Source: Verrucomicrobiota bacterium
GTDB taxonomy: Bacteria; Verrucomicrobiota; Verrucomicrobiia; Limisphaerales; AAA164-E04
Assembly: GCA_047947115.1 (NCBI GenBank)
Contig: CP170459.1
Location: 2,464,001-2,528,000, forward strand
Length of the DNA: 64,000 bases
Direction: 5' to 3'
Below the pieces are notes generated by a model, which did not search any database, was not told the DNA's origin, and saw only the letters and a program-made list of their open reading frames with translations. A program made the position numbers and the translations under genes. Positions 29,447-38,453 of the stretch are shown here, piece after piece. Within the stretch, counting starts at the first letter, position 1. Each line of letters opens with the position of its first letter.

Positions 29447-29743
29447 CTTTATAAGTGATTGGTCGCACTAGCGGAAAAGTGGCCCAGGAAAACGCATCAT
29501 GTCGCCCGCGGAGCCGGAATGGCGAAAACTTACAGGCCTCGATATATCTTAATCTTCGACCTGTTGGGCGATCTCGTGTGCTCGCGATCCGAGCCTCGCG
29601 AACGCGAGACGAAGTCAGTCATTGCCAGCGGCGCGCCAGAGCGCTATCACCGCCGAAATTCACCAACTACCGTTTCGCCATGCGCCAGCTCACTTGCCTG
29701 CCTTTTGTCCTGGTGGTCTTGTTGAAGATTCGGAATTGCCAGT

Positions 29744-30949
29744 TTATTGATTGGCCGATGGAAAAATGTCAAACCACCTCTTGGCTTCATCTTTTCCAAC
29801 TAATTCTAGGTAATGCTGTTTGATTATTTGTACTGAGTTTCCTGATTCGTAGGCAACTTTGGGTAAGTCGGTTGTCATCGCAACCCGGTATGAAATGTAG
29901 CTATGCCTCAATGCATTGTGTTTCCATCTGAGGCGAGCAGAATTAGAGGTTCTCAAAAAGCATTTTGTTAACACGCTCTCCGATCGATTCCATATTTTTC
30001 CCGTGGTTTTCATATTGGGGGTTAACCATGCAGCCAAGTTTTCAGAAATCGGCACAACTCTTCGGGCTGCCGTTTTGGCAATACCATGGTCGATGGTTAT
30101 CATTCTGCGTTCGATATGCACATTTTCCCAATTCAAGCGCATGGTTTCAGCAGTGCGGATGCCACAAAAGGCTCCTAGAAGTAAAACAGGCAAGATTTGG
30201 GCATCCGCGTGTGTTAAGAGTGCTTGGATTTCTTCAGGTGAAAATATTTCTATTGATCCATGCACTTTTTTTCTAAGTGCGATTCGAGAGACTTCACTAT
30301 GGTCTTGCTGCAAATATCCGCGCGATTTTCCGAATTCAAAAAGAGTGAGAATACTTTGAAGGTAGTTGTTGTGACTGCGATTCGAAAGGTTCAGGTTGTT
30401 GAGAAACTCTTCAATATCCGCAGAGGTGATCGAGGTTATTTGGCACACAAATCGACTAGCAAATCGGCCGCACCTGGATCGAAGGTCCTTGAGATATTTC
30501 TCGCTTAAGCTTTGCTGCGCTTTTGCACTCAACATTTCTTCCAGCACATCTTGAACTGTCTTTTTGGGCAGTTCCGTTGGGTGATGTTTCAAGTAGAATT
30601 CAATAGCACTAGAAAGGGGGATACCTTGCAGCTTCCTAACAGCGTCCGAATATTCCTCTGCTACCACATCGAGCGGTTTTTGCACTTCTTTGATCGAGTT
30701 GCATGCACGCGTGTAGATGAGTTTACCAATGTTGTCTATGCTGGTAGACTGGGCCTCTCCTCGACTCAGTTCCGTTGCGATAGTCTCAGCTTCTGATTTA
30801 GCGCGTTTGAAGTCGGCAAATGCCTTGCGTTTGCGAGTTTTTCCAATACGCCAATCGACTGAGTAGACCTTGCCGGAATGTGTTAGGACTTGATAAATTT
30901 TGACAACGGTTCGAGATCGTTTGATCGAAACTGGAAACTTCACCTTCAC
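29744..30949 (-). CDS. Tyrosine recombinase/integrase
   Basis: GIRTAE (R), AKT (K), HNALRH (HxxR), GNS...HY (Y); AT-rich; next to the ssrA 3' end. Confidence 0.92.
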   Translation of the reverse strand: MKVKFPVSIKRSRTVVKIYQVLTHSGKVYSVDWRIGKTRKRKAFADFKRAKSEAETIATELSRGEAQSTSIDNIGKLIYTRACNSIKEVQKPLDVVAEEYSDAVRKLQGIPLSSAIEFYLKHHPTELPKKTVQDVLEEMLSAKAQQSLSEKYLKDLRSRCGRFASRFVCQITSITSADIEEFLNNLNLSNRSHNNYLQSILTLFEFGKSRGYLQQDHSEVSRIALRKKVHGSIEIFSPEEIQALLTHADAQILPVLLLGAFCGIRTAETMRLNWENVHIERRMITIDHGIAKTAARRVVPISENLAAWLTPNMKTTGKIWNRSESVLTKCFLRTSNSARLRWKHNALRHSYISYRVAMTTDLPKVAYESGNSVQIIKQHYLELVGKDEAKRWFDIFPSANQ

Positions 30950-30978
30950 TAGGTGAAGTGTAAGAGAATAGGAAGAAA

Positions 30979-30997
30979 TGTCAAGTATTTGTCAAGT
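30979..30997. repeat. TGTCAAGT direct-repeat pair, putative arm-type site (island A right end)
   Basis: tgtcaagt-att-tgtcaagt, between the integrase start and ssrA. Confidence 0.7.
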
Positions 30998-31054
30998 TTG
31001 ATGGTGGTTTTATTTTGTGTGGTGTGTAAAGCATTTGTGATCAATTAGTAAGAG

Positions 31055-31413
31055 TGGTGGAGGCGGCGGGAGTTGAACCCGCGTCCTAAGCAAACTTGCC
31101 GTGAAGCTTCTACATGCTTGTCCGGGCATTGGGTGTCTGTGAAGTGATGACGACCCGGCGCGAGTCACTTCACATAGTCCGCATGAAATCAGTTTCGGTC
31201 CCTTGCGCGCGGTCTCCGCTCCGAACCTAACCTGCTGTCAGCGTTTCTTCCACCCAGCAGGTGTCAGCAGAGAAACGTCGCGGAGCTTTATGCCGCGAGA
31301 GCTAATTCATTGTTAGCATTTATTGCTATTGGTCCGATTTTTTACGAGGCCAACGAACCATCCTCGGCATGCTACCTCAGACGTATCTACCCAGTCGAAA
31401 CCAGTACGCCTCC
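31055..31413 (-). ncRNA. ssrA: tmRNA, tag ANNELALAA* (31288-31317)
   Basis: 5' GGAGGCGTACTGGTTTCGAC, GCATGCCGAGG...CCTCGT pseudoknot region, TAAAT|GCT resume context, 3' GACGCGGGTTCAACTCCCGCCGCCTCCACCA; 359 nt. Confidence 0.96.
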
Positions 31414-31426
31414 ATGTAGTGGGTAT

Positions 31427-31455
31427 AAACTGCACGGTGTTGGGGTGCTTGTCAA
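31427..31455 (-). promoter_or_regulatory. Putative ssrA promoter
   Basis: Perfect TTGACA (31450-31455), 17-nt spacer, weak -10 CAGTTT, 13 nt upstream of the mature 5' end. Confidence 0.45.
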
Positions 31456-31492
31456 GGAGGGGTTGAGTTTGCGTGGGGCGATCATTTTCCGC

Positions 31493-32211
31493 CTACAGCT
31501 TGCGGGTTCCCTTGCAGGTTGGGTAGCGGGTGCAGCCTAGGAAGGGGTCTCCGGTGTGGGCGCCGGTTTTTGCGGTTCGTTGGACCATGGGGCTGTTGCA
31601 CTCTGGGCAGGGGGGGAAAGCGTTGTCTTTGGTGGTTGCGTTTTGTTGCCGGTGTTCCAGGCGTTTGGCGGCCAGCGTTTCCGAATAGCCACCTTCTTCT
31701 ACAAACTTTTTTTCGAGCGCTTCAATCTGCTGGTCCAGCAGATAGTTGGTCTGGTGGATCAAGCAGATCAGGGCGTTGGCACGTACGAATGCGTTTTCAT
31801 GTTCCAGCCAGGGTACATACAGGTCGAAGCGTTCCATGTCGGTGAGTTGTTCCCAGCGAAGGTTGTGGGTTCTGGCTACTTCGCGTACGGCTTTTGCCTC
31901 GGATGCCCGAGGATCCCAGATCATTTGGCGGTGTTGGCGGATGTAGTCTTCGTAATCGAGTAACAGCTCTTCCAGGCTGGCTCTGGCTACGTTCACCAGC
32001 CGCAGTTCGGTGTTGCTGCTTGTAGCGCCAGCTCGGATCCCTCCGCAATATTTTGTCGCCCGCTGCGTGCTGCCTGGATCATTTGGTCCACTGTACGGGA
32101 GCGCGCGTTGAGGAATTTTTCGCAAAACCAGTAAGTGGCGTCGTAGATGATCGTTGCCGTTTGGAAGCTGCGCAGTTTTCGGTAGCCGCCGCTTTTTCTG
32201 ATGCGTGGCAT
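31493..32211 (-). pseudogene. Four-helix-bundle protein with suffix domain and C4 zinc ribbon; single-base frameshift near 32035
   Basis: GGYRKLRSFQ...RTVDQMIQAARSGRQNIAEGS continues in another frame as RAGATSSNTELRLVNVARASLEELLLDYEDY...CPEC...GCTRYPTC. Confidence 0.8.
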
Positions 32212-32232
32212 GTTGGTTCTTTCGTTTTTGGT

Positions 32233-32273
32233 GGATCGGTCGGATCAGTCGGATCGGACTGATCCGACCGATC
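32233..32273. repeat. 9-mer repeats forming a perfect 17-bp inverted repeat
   Basis: gatcggtcggatcagtc (32234-32250) / gactgatccgaccgatc (32257-32273). Confidence 0.9.
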
Positions 32274-32276
32274 GTT

Positions 32277-33899
32277 TTACTCCTCAACGTGACGAGTGAG
32301 GATTTCCATGCTTTCGGGGGGGAGGGTAGAGAGTTTCATGCCTCCGTTGGTTTCGGAGAAATAGCTTGCCGCCCAGTCGGAGTCAAATAGCGCCACGGGG
32401 TGTTCGTTGCCGTCGTAGGCGATTTTCGTACCTGTGGGGAGTTGCAGGTTGTCCAGATCGGATTCCTCCAGTTCGACCGGCAGCCAGCGAATGACCGACC
32501 AAGGGGCGGTTTCAAGTCGTGATTCGGCTCCGTATTCGGATTCCAGGCGGTACTGCACGACCTCGAACTGAAGTTGTCCCACTGCCGCGAGCAGGGGGAT
32601 GCGTGTCAATGCATCCCGGACTTGGAGGACCTGTATGACGCCTTCCTGCAGGAGCTGGTCCAGGCCTTGACGGAATTGTTTGAATTTTGCCGTGTTCGGA
32701 TTGTGAAGATAGGCAAAACATTCCGGTGTGAAGATGGGGATTTCCCGATATTGAATTGAGGGATCGGTTGTTAATGTGTCCCCAATGCCGTAATCGTTCA
32801 GTCCCACGAGTCCTACGATATCCCCTGGGTAAGCGTCATTGACAGTTTCTCGTTCGTTGCCGAACAGTTTGTGTGAGCTGGCCAGGCGGACTTTCTTGCC
32901 GGAACGCGGGTGGATGACGGTCATGTCGCGTTCGAATTTTCCTGAACAAATACGGGCAAACATAATGCGATCCCTATGTTTTGGGTCCATGTTGGCCTGG
33001 ATTTTAAAGATGAATGCGGAAAAGGCTTCATGGTCCGTCGGGATGATTTTTTCTTCTGATTTGCGCGCTGCCGGGGGCGGGGAGTATTGAAGGAATCCCT
33101 TGAGCAACAGTTCGACTCCGAAGTTGTTCATGGCGCTGCCGAAGAACACTGGGGTTATGGCCCCGGAATAGACCGATTGGACATCAAAGGATTCACCGGC
33201 CAGATTGAGCATTTCGACTTCTTCTTTGAGTTTGTCATGCATTTCGGCATTCATTTGGTTCCGGATGATGTCTGCATCCAGATCCCCGACTGATTCCGGA
33301 GCGCGATAAAGTCCGCCTGCTGTGCGTTCGAACAGATGCACCTCCTTTTTGAGCCGATCAAACACGCCTTTGAAATCAACCCCGGTGCCGATGGGCCAGT
33401 TGACCGGGAATGACCCGATACCCAACACGCGTTCCAGTTCGTCCAGCAGTTCCAGCGGATCTTTCGTCGGCCGGTCGCACTTGTTCATGAAAGTGAAGAT
33501 CGGGATGCCGCGGCGTCGGCAGATTTCGAAGAGTTTCTGGGTCTGGGCCTCAATTCCTTTTGCGGCGTCGATCACCATGACCACGCCGTCCACCGCTGTG
33601 AGCACTCGGTAGGTATCCTCGGAAAAATCCTTGTGTCCTGGAGTGTCCAGCAGGTTGATGGCAAAGTCTTCGTATTCGAATTGCAGCACGGTGGAACTGA
33701 TCGAGATCCCGCGTTTGCGCTCCAGCTCCATCCAGTCCGATGTCGAGGCGCGCTGGTGTTTGCGGGCGGTGACCGAGCCGGCAAGGTGAACGGCTCCCCC
33801 GTACAGCAGCAGTTTTTCCGTCAGCGTGGTTTTACCTGCGTCCGGATGAGAGATGATCGCAAAGGTGCGTCGGCGTTGAATTTCTTTCTGAAAACTCAC
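32277..33899 (-). CDS. prfC: Peptide chain release factor 3
   Basis: RRRTFAIISHPDAGKTTLTEKLL, DTPGHKDFSEDTYR, KIQANMDPKHRDR; GTG start at 33899. Confidence 0.97.
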   Translation of the reverse strand: MSFQKEIQRRRTFAIISHPDAGKTTLTEKLLLYGGAVHLAGSVTARKHQRASTSDWMELERKRGISISSTVLQFEYEDFAINLLDTPGHKDFSEDTYRVLTAVDGVVMVIDAAKGIEAQTQKLFEICRRRGIPIFTFMNKCDRPTKDPLELLDELERVLGIGSFPVNWPIGTGVDFKGVFDRLKKEVHLFERTAGGLYRAPESVGDLDADIIRNQMNAEMHDKLKEEVEMLNLAGESFDVQSVYSGAITPVFFGSAMNNFGVELLLKGFLQYSPPPAARKSEEKIIPTDHEAFSAFIFKIQANMDPKHRDRIMFARICSGKFERDMTVIHPRSGKKVRLASSHKLFGNERETVNDAYPGDIVGLVGLNDYGIGDTLTTDPSIQYREIPIFTPECFAYLHNPNTAKFKQFRQGLDQLLQEGVIQVLQVRDALTRIPLLAAVGQLQFEVVQYRLESEYGAESRLETAPWSVIRWLPVELEESDLDNLQLPTGTKIAYDGNEHPVALFDSDWAASYFSETNGGMKLSTLPPESMEILTRHVEE

Positions 33900-33922
33900 A
33901 AGGCGGCGTAGCGTAACAGGAT

Positions 33923-36900
33923 TTAGCCGAGGAACAAGCTGGAATCGGAAGTTCCGGCAGTCGATTTGGACGGGGAGCCGGGTTTGCCCGGGTGATTCAG
34001 TTTTCTCCACACGCGCAACGCTTCGGAAACACTCCATGCCTGCGCATCGCATCCTCGCTGGGTGTGTGGTGCGTCTCCATCGGCGATTTCGGGTAGTTGT
34101 CCGGAGCATCCTTCCTTCCAAAAATAGGTCATGCTGGCCAGATAATCCTTTGCGGCTTTTTGGGCTGAAGGATCATCGGGCCATGCTTCGCTCAGGGCTT
34201 CGCAAAAGGTGGGAAATGTCCACAGCCACGCAGTTCCGTTGTGGTAGGCCGGTTTGCGTCGGGTGTCCTCGTCGCCTTCGTATCGCCCCCAATATGGAAA
34301 GGCCGGGTTGTTCAATAAATCACCGTGTTTTCCGTATATCGGCAAATGGGGCACGACTGGAAGCGGTGCCAGCGAGCGTAACGCTCCAGGGATGATCAGA
34401 TGCTTGCGGGCGGCCTCGACGGTTGACCGGGCTTTGTCCTGGTCAAGACAGCCCAGGCTCACCGTCCAGAGACAATTGCTGCGTAATGCCTGATCGCGCA
34501 GGGCGTCTTTTGCTGAAGTTCCTTTGGACGCGATCAACACATCTGCCGGCCAACCTTTCTCCTTCAGCCAGAACAGTCGGTTGAAGGATGATTTCGCCAG
34601 TTCCAGCCAATGACTCCAGGTTTGAGTGGGCGGCTGCATGTATGGATGGGGCGAGGATGTTGTTTCATCTTGTTCGGCCAATCGTGTCAGATGATTCAGA
34701 AGGCGGATCCATAGGGCTTGTATTTCCACCGGATAGCCTTCTCGGGGGGTGCCGGCGGGATAATTGGTATCCATCCATGTAAAGTGGCTGGGACTCCATA
34801 CCAATCCGCTGTGTGCGTCCATGCGGATGCCATTGGGGGCACCTTTCATGATGCCGCCGGCGATGCGGAACAATACTTCACGGATGGTGCGGCCACTGGA
34901 ATCCACCTGGGTTTGGTAAAAATCAGTCCCTTTCAAAGCAGCTGTTTCTTCGCAGAGAACGCCGTACCACAGGGGAGCGTCGGATGTGTCGCGATTGGAC
35001 GCGTTTTCACCATGAATGGTATTGGGCAGGGTGCCATGGGATTCGAAGCGTCCGAAGACTTTCAAAAGTTTTACAACGTCTTCGACCATTCCTGCGCTCA
35101 GCATGCCGCGTGCGGCGATGAGCGAGTCGCGCCCCCAATCGAGGAACCATGGGTAACCGGCGATCACGGTGCGTCCATCGTCGCGTTTCACCACGAAGGT
35201 TTCCAATGCCTTGACCAGATCGCGGCCCCAGGTGTCGCGCTCGTCGAGATTTGATTGAGCCAGCAGATTTTCGTGGTGATTGATTCGGGATTGAGCGAAT
35301 GACTCGATCGCTTCTTTGTTTGGCCTTTCCTTTTCCGCGCTCGCGACAAAATGTGCCGGTTGATCCGGTGTGAGGGGAAGTTCAAACCAACCGGGACTGA
35401 ATGCGTCCCCATGACCGGTTTGGCCGCGGGTTTGCTCGATGGGGTGGGGGATGCCATGAGCCCATTCAGGGCCTGAATGGTATGAGCCGCTGTCACACCA
35501 GACACTCAAGTGTCGATCATCTGCCGGGGTGAAGTGAAATCCGTTCCGATCTGAATTGGGTTTGCAGTGTTGATTGAAGTGGTGATCGGCGCCGTCGTTG
35601 CGCTGGGTTTCCGAGTGAAAGTTGCGGTCTTCGAGATCAAAGCGAACGGTCAGGCTCACCTTGCATTCTTCAGGGAGTTCGGCACCTGTGGAAACGCGGT
35701 CGCTGGGTCGTGATATTCGCAGTGCAACCGTGTTGGCATGCTGGATCATGTCGACAACCAGGTCCAATTCCACGGAGCGTCCATTGCCTGCCGGAGCAAA
35801 GAAACGCCACTTTGCAGGAGGCCCGGCTTCAAATCGAAGGAGCGCCTGCCGGTTGAGGGGCGTGATGAATCCGTCGGCATTCACCCACATTCGAACGCGT
35901 TTGATGAAAACATGGCGGTCTACCGGCAATGAGCCGTGCAGATTGGCTCCCAGTAAACAGTCATACTTGGATTCAATAACCTCCAATCCGGCATGCATGC
36001 GTGCCATGGCCCCGCGACCATTTGTCAGGAGTGTACGATGATCGTTCCCGGAACTGAGTGCGCGGATCTGGTCTGCGTCATAGACGTAGAATCGCGCCTG
36101 GATCGTCTGTTGCGGTGAGCTGTAGATTTGGAGCTCCAGGTCCAAAGCTCCCTGCATGTCGGTCCAGTAGGCCGCGACGTGTCCGTCCTGCACAGGGACG
36201 GATTCCATGTGAATGGGGCACGCTGCGTGGCCTGGGCGCCATCGCAGGCGAAAGGGATGTTTTTCCCTGACCACGATCCAATGGCGGACAGGAACCGGAG
36301 TGACTCTTGGTCGATCCTGGCTGTTCCAGGTCACGACGTTTTGATAAAGAGCCCCGTTTGCTTTTTCTATTGATTCCGGTTGGAATTTGCTTCGGGAGAT
36401 TTCAGTCAACCATGTTTCCAGTGATTGATGGATGTTCTCGGCTGCTTCTTCCCAATCCAGCAAGGGTGTGGATTCAATCGGATGAATCTGACTGAGGCAG
36501 CGGAGGGCTAGCGCCGCTTGAGCGCGTTTGGCGCGATATTGTTTTCCGGTATCGATGGCCGGTGACGGGTTGTGAGAAAGGCAAAAAACAGCGCCCGGCG
36601 GAAGGATTAATTTCCAATTCTCCTTTTCAATGACCCATTCCAGATCCTCCTCTTGTCCCAGCAATTCATGATTGGGAAGAGTGTTTGTTTTCCAGCCAAA
36701 GAAGGAGGCTTCGAAAGTCGCGGTTTGAGATTGCGTGTCGTCTGTGTTGGCGATGATCCATACCTGATCCTGTTTTTCGCGCGAGAGACGTTCGAGGACA
36801 TAAACAGCTTGGTTGTCAGAGGAATGTGCGGTCAGGTGAGAACCGTCAAAGAAGCATGGATGGGAACTGATCAGTCGGTTGAGTTTGGAAAGTTCCTCGA

Positions 36901-38329
36901 CGATGTTTTCCTCGGCGCCCCAGTTCATGCCGGTGCATTCATGCACGATGATTTTTTCGGGCGCGAGCCACTCAACGCCACAGGTGAAACCAAATCCGCC
37001 ATTGAAGCTGGTCAAGCCGCACAGTCGATTTCTGAGAAGTGACCACACCCGGCTTTTGGCGGCCAGTCGACTGTTGTCATGTGTTTCGCTGTAATGCACC
37101 AGTGTTCCGACACGCGGGCTTTGGTGGATGCAGTGATTCATGTAACGGTTCACCGAAGGCCCCGGATATTCCTGGAACAGCTCTGAGTAAGCCCACTGCA
37201 TGCCTCCCTCTTTCAGTAATGATTCGGTCGCTTCCCAGGCACCTCCCAGACCTTCGAGGAGGAAGATGGTGTCGGGGTACTCTTCGCGTACTCTTGCGGT
37301 GATGTATTGCCATGCTTCGACCGGAACCATGTAGCCGGCGTCGCAGCGAAATCCGTCCACGCCGCGTTGACACCAGGTCAGGAACACGTCTGCCAGGTAT
37401 TTCCAAATGTCCGGGTTTTTATGACGCAACTCCACCAGGTCACCCCAGGTGTTTCCCCATGCGCCCGGACTAATGAATTTGCCCGAGGGCTCGCGTTCAT
37501 ACCATTCGGGATGGTTTTCAAAAATGTCGGCTCCCCATCCGGTGTGGTTGGCCACCAGATCGATGAACAAACGGGCGCCTTTGGCATGGACGGCATCGGC
37601 CAGTTCGCGGAATTGATCCAGTCCGGTGGAGTGATGGTCAAATTCCACCAGCGCAGGATCAATGGCCATGAGGTTTTGGGCTGCGTAGGGACTTCCGAAA
37701 CGACCGAATCGTGCGAAGGTCGTCGGGGTTGGGTTGATGGGCAGCAGATGGATGATGCGGCAACCCAGGGTGTCAACGATGTGGGGAAGTTCTTCGATCA
37801 GGTCCCTGATTTTTCCCGAAGGAGGAATGACGGAATATCCTTTTGAATCGAGTGGTTGAAGGTGTTCGTTGGTACGTTCGGCTTCGGTGTTGGATTTGTG
37901 TTTGGATTCCCCGAAAAGGCGGATCCATGCACAATATATGGTGTTTGCGCTTCGTGTGAAATCGGGATGAACCGAGATGCCCGTGTTGGGGCCTTCAGGC
38001 CAGGTTTGGCGGTGGCCTTTATCGACCAGGTAAGGTTTGGCCTGAAAGAATCCCACCTGGCTTAAAGGCAATTCCACTGTCCAACGGTCCGTTTCCCACT
38101 TCATCGGGATGTCCTGCCAGGAGAACAATGCCAGAGCATTTTCTCCTGAGGTGCGTTGCATGATTTCTTTGCGAAGCACCTCGGCACGTCCCAGGTTGGT
38201 GCGCAGGAATGCCTGGTGGGTGGTCTGGTTTTGATTCAATTCACCGGGGCTGATTTCGAATCGTTGCCAATCGCCCACATAAGCGACTTGGCACTCGCCC
38301 GGGGATGGCTGCATGGAAGGTGTGTTCAT
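33923..38329 (-). CDS. Glycogen debranching enzyme: GH13 domain fused to amylo-alpha-1,6-glucosidase
   Basis: DLVANH, GFRCDAG, ETHD (GH13 regions); IAGYPWFLDWGRD, YHNGTAW, GCDAQAWS (GDE C-terminal). Confidence 0.9.
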   Translation of the reverse strand: MNTPSMQPSPGECQVAYVGDWQRFEISPGELNQNQTTHQAFLRTNLGRAEVLRKEIMQRTSGENALALFSWQDIPMKWETDRWTVELPLSQVGFFQAKPYLVDKGHRQTWPEGPNTGISVHPDFTRSANTIYCAWIRLFGESKHKSNTEAERTNEHLQPLDSKGYSVIPPSGKIRDLIEELPHIVDTLGCRIIHLLPINPTPTTFARFGRFGSPYAAQNLMAIDPALVEFDHHSTGLDQFRELADAVHAKGARLFIDLVANHTGWGADIFENHPEWYEREPSGKFISPGAWGNTWGDLVELRHKNPDIWKYLADVFLTWCQRGVDGFRCDAGYMVPVEAWQYITARVREEYPDTIFLLEGLGGAWEATESLLKEGGMQWAYSELFQEYPGPSVNRYMNHCIHQSPRVGTLVHYSETHDNSRLAAKSRVWSLLRNRLCGLTSFNGGFGFTCGVEWLAPEKIIVHECTGMNWGAEENIVEELSKLNRLISSHPCFFDGSHLTAHSSDNQAVYVLERLSREKQDQVWIIANTDDTQSQTATFEASFFGWKTNTLPNHELLGQEEDLEWVIEKENWKLILPPGAVFCLSHNPSPAIDTGKQYRAKRAQAALALRCLSQIHPIESTPLLDWEEAAENIHQSLETWLTEISRSKFQPESIEKANGALYQNVVTWNSQDRPRVTPVPVRHWIVVREKHPFRLRWRPGHAACPIHMESVPVQDGHVAAYWTDMQGALDLELQIYSSPQQTIQARFYVYDADQIRALSSGNDHRTLLTNGRGAMARMHAGLEVIESKYDCLLGANLHGSLPVDRHVFIKRVRMWVNADGFITPLNRQALLRFEAGPPAKWRFFAPAGNGRSVELDLVVDMIQHANTVALRISRPSDRVSTGAELPEECKVSLTVRFDLEDRNFHSETQRNDGADHHFNQHCKPNSDRNGFHFTPADDRHLSVWCDSGSYHSGPEWAHGIPHPIEQTRGQTGHGDAFSPGWFELPLTPDQPAHFVASAEKERPNKEAIESFAQSRINHHENLLAQSNLDERDTWGRDLVKALETFVVKRDDGRTVIAGYPWFLDWGRDSLIAARGMLSAGMVEDVVKLLKVFGRFESHGTLPNTIHGENASNRDTSDAPLWYGVLCEETAALKGTDFYQTQVDSSGRTIREVLFRIAGGIMKGAPNGIRMDAHSGLVWSPSHFTWMDTNYPAGTPREGYPVEIQALWIRLLNHLTRLAEQDETTSSPHPYMQPPTQTWSHWLELAKSSFNRLFWLKEKGWPADVLIASKGTSAKDALRDQALRSNCLWTVSLGCLDQDKARSTVEAARKHLIIPGALRSLAPLPVVPHLPIYGKHGDLLNNPAFPYWGRYEGDEDTRRKPAYHNGTAWLWTFPTFCEALSEAWPDDPSAQKAAKDYLASMTYFWKEGCSGQLPEIADGDAPHTQRGCDAQAWSVSEALRVWRKLNHPGKPGSPSKSTAGTSDSSLFLG

Positions 38330-38453
38330 TCGGGGGAAACTCGTTTAGTCATTCAAAAGAAAGGAACCCGAGATTCTTTCCAAAGGAAGCTTCGGGACAG
38401 CTTGGGAACCATTTTTTGTACGGTCCTGTTCTGTAGTTGCAAAGGGTGTCAGC

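Larger units (their letters stand above)
2327..31079. mobile_element. Element A: ~28.7-kb genomic island integrated in the ssrA 3' end
   Basis: Perfect 25-bp direct repeats, tyrosine integrase next to ssrA, TGTCAAGT pairs inside both ends, cargo visibly more GC-rich than the flanks. Confidence 0.9.
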
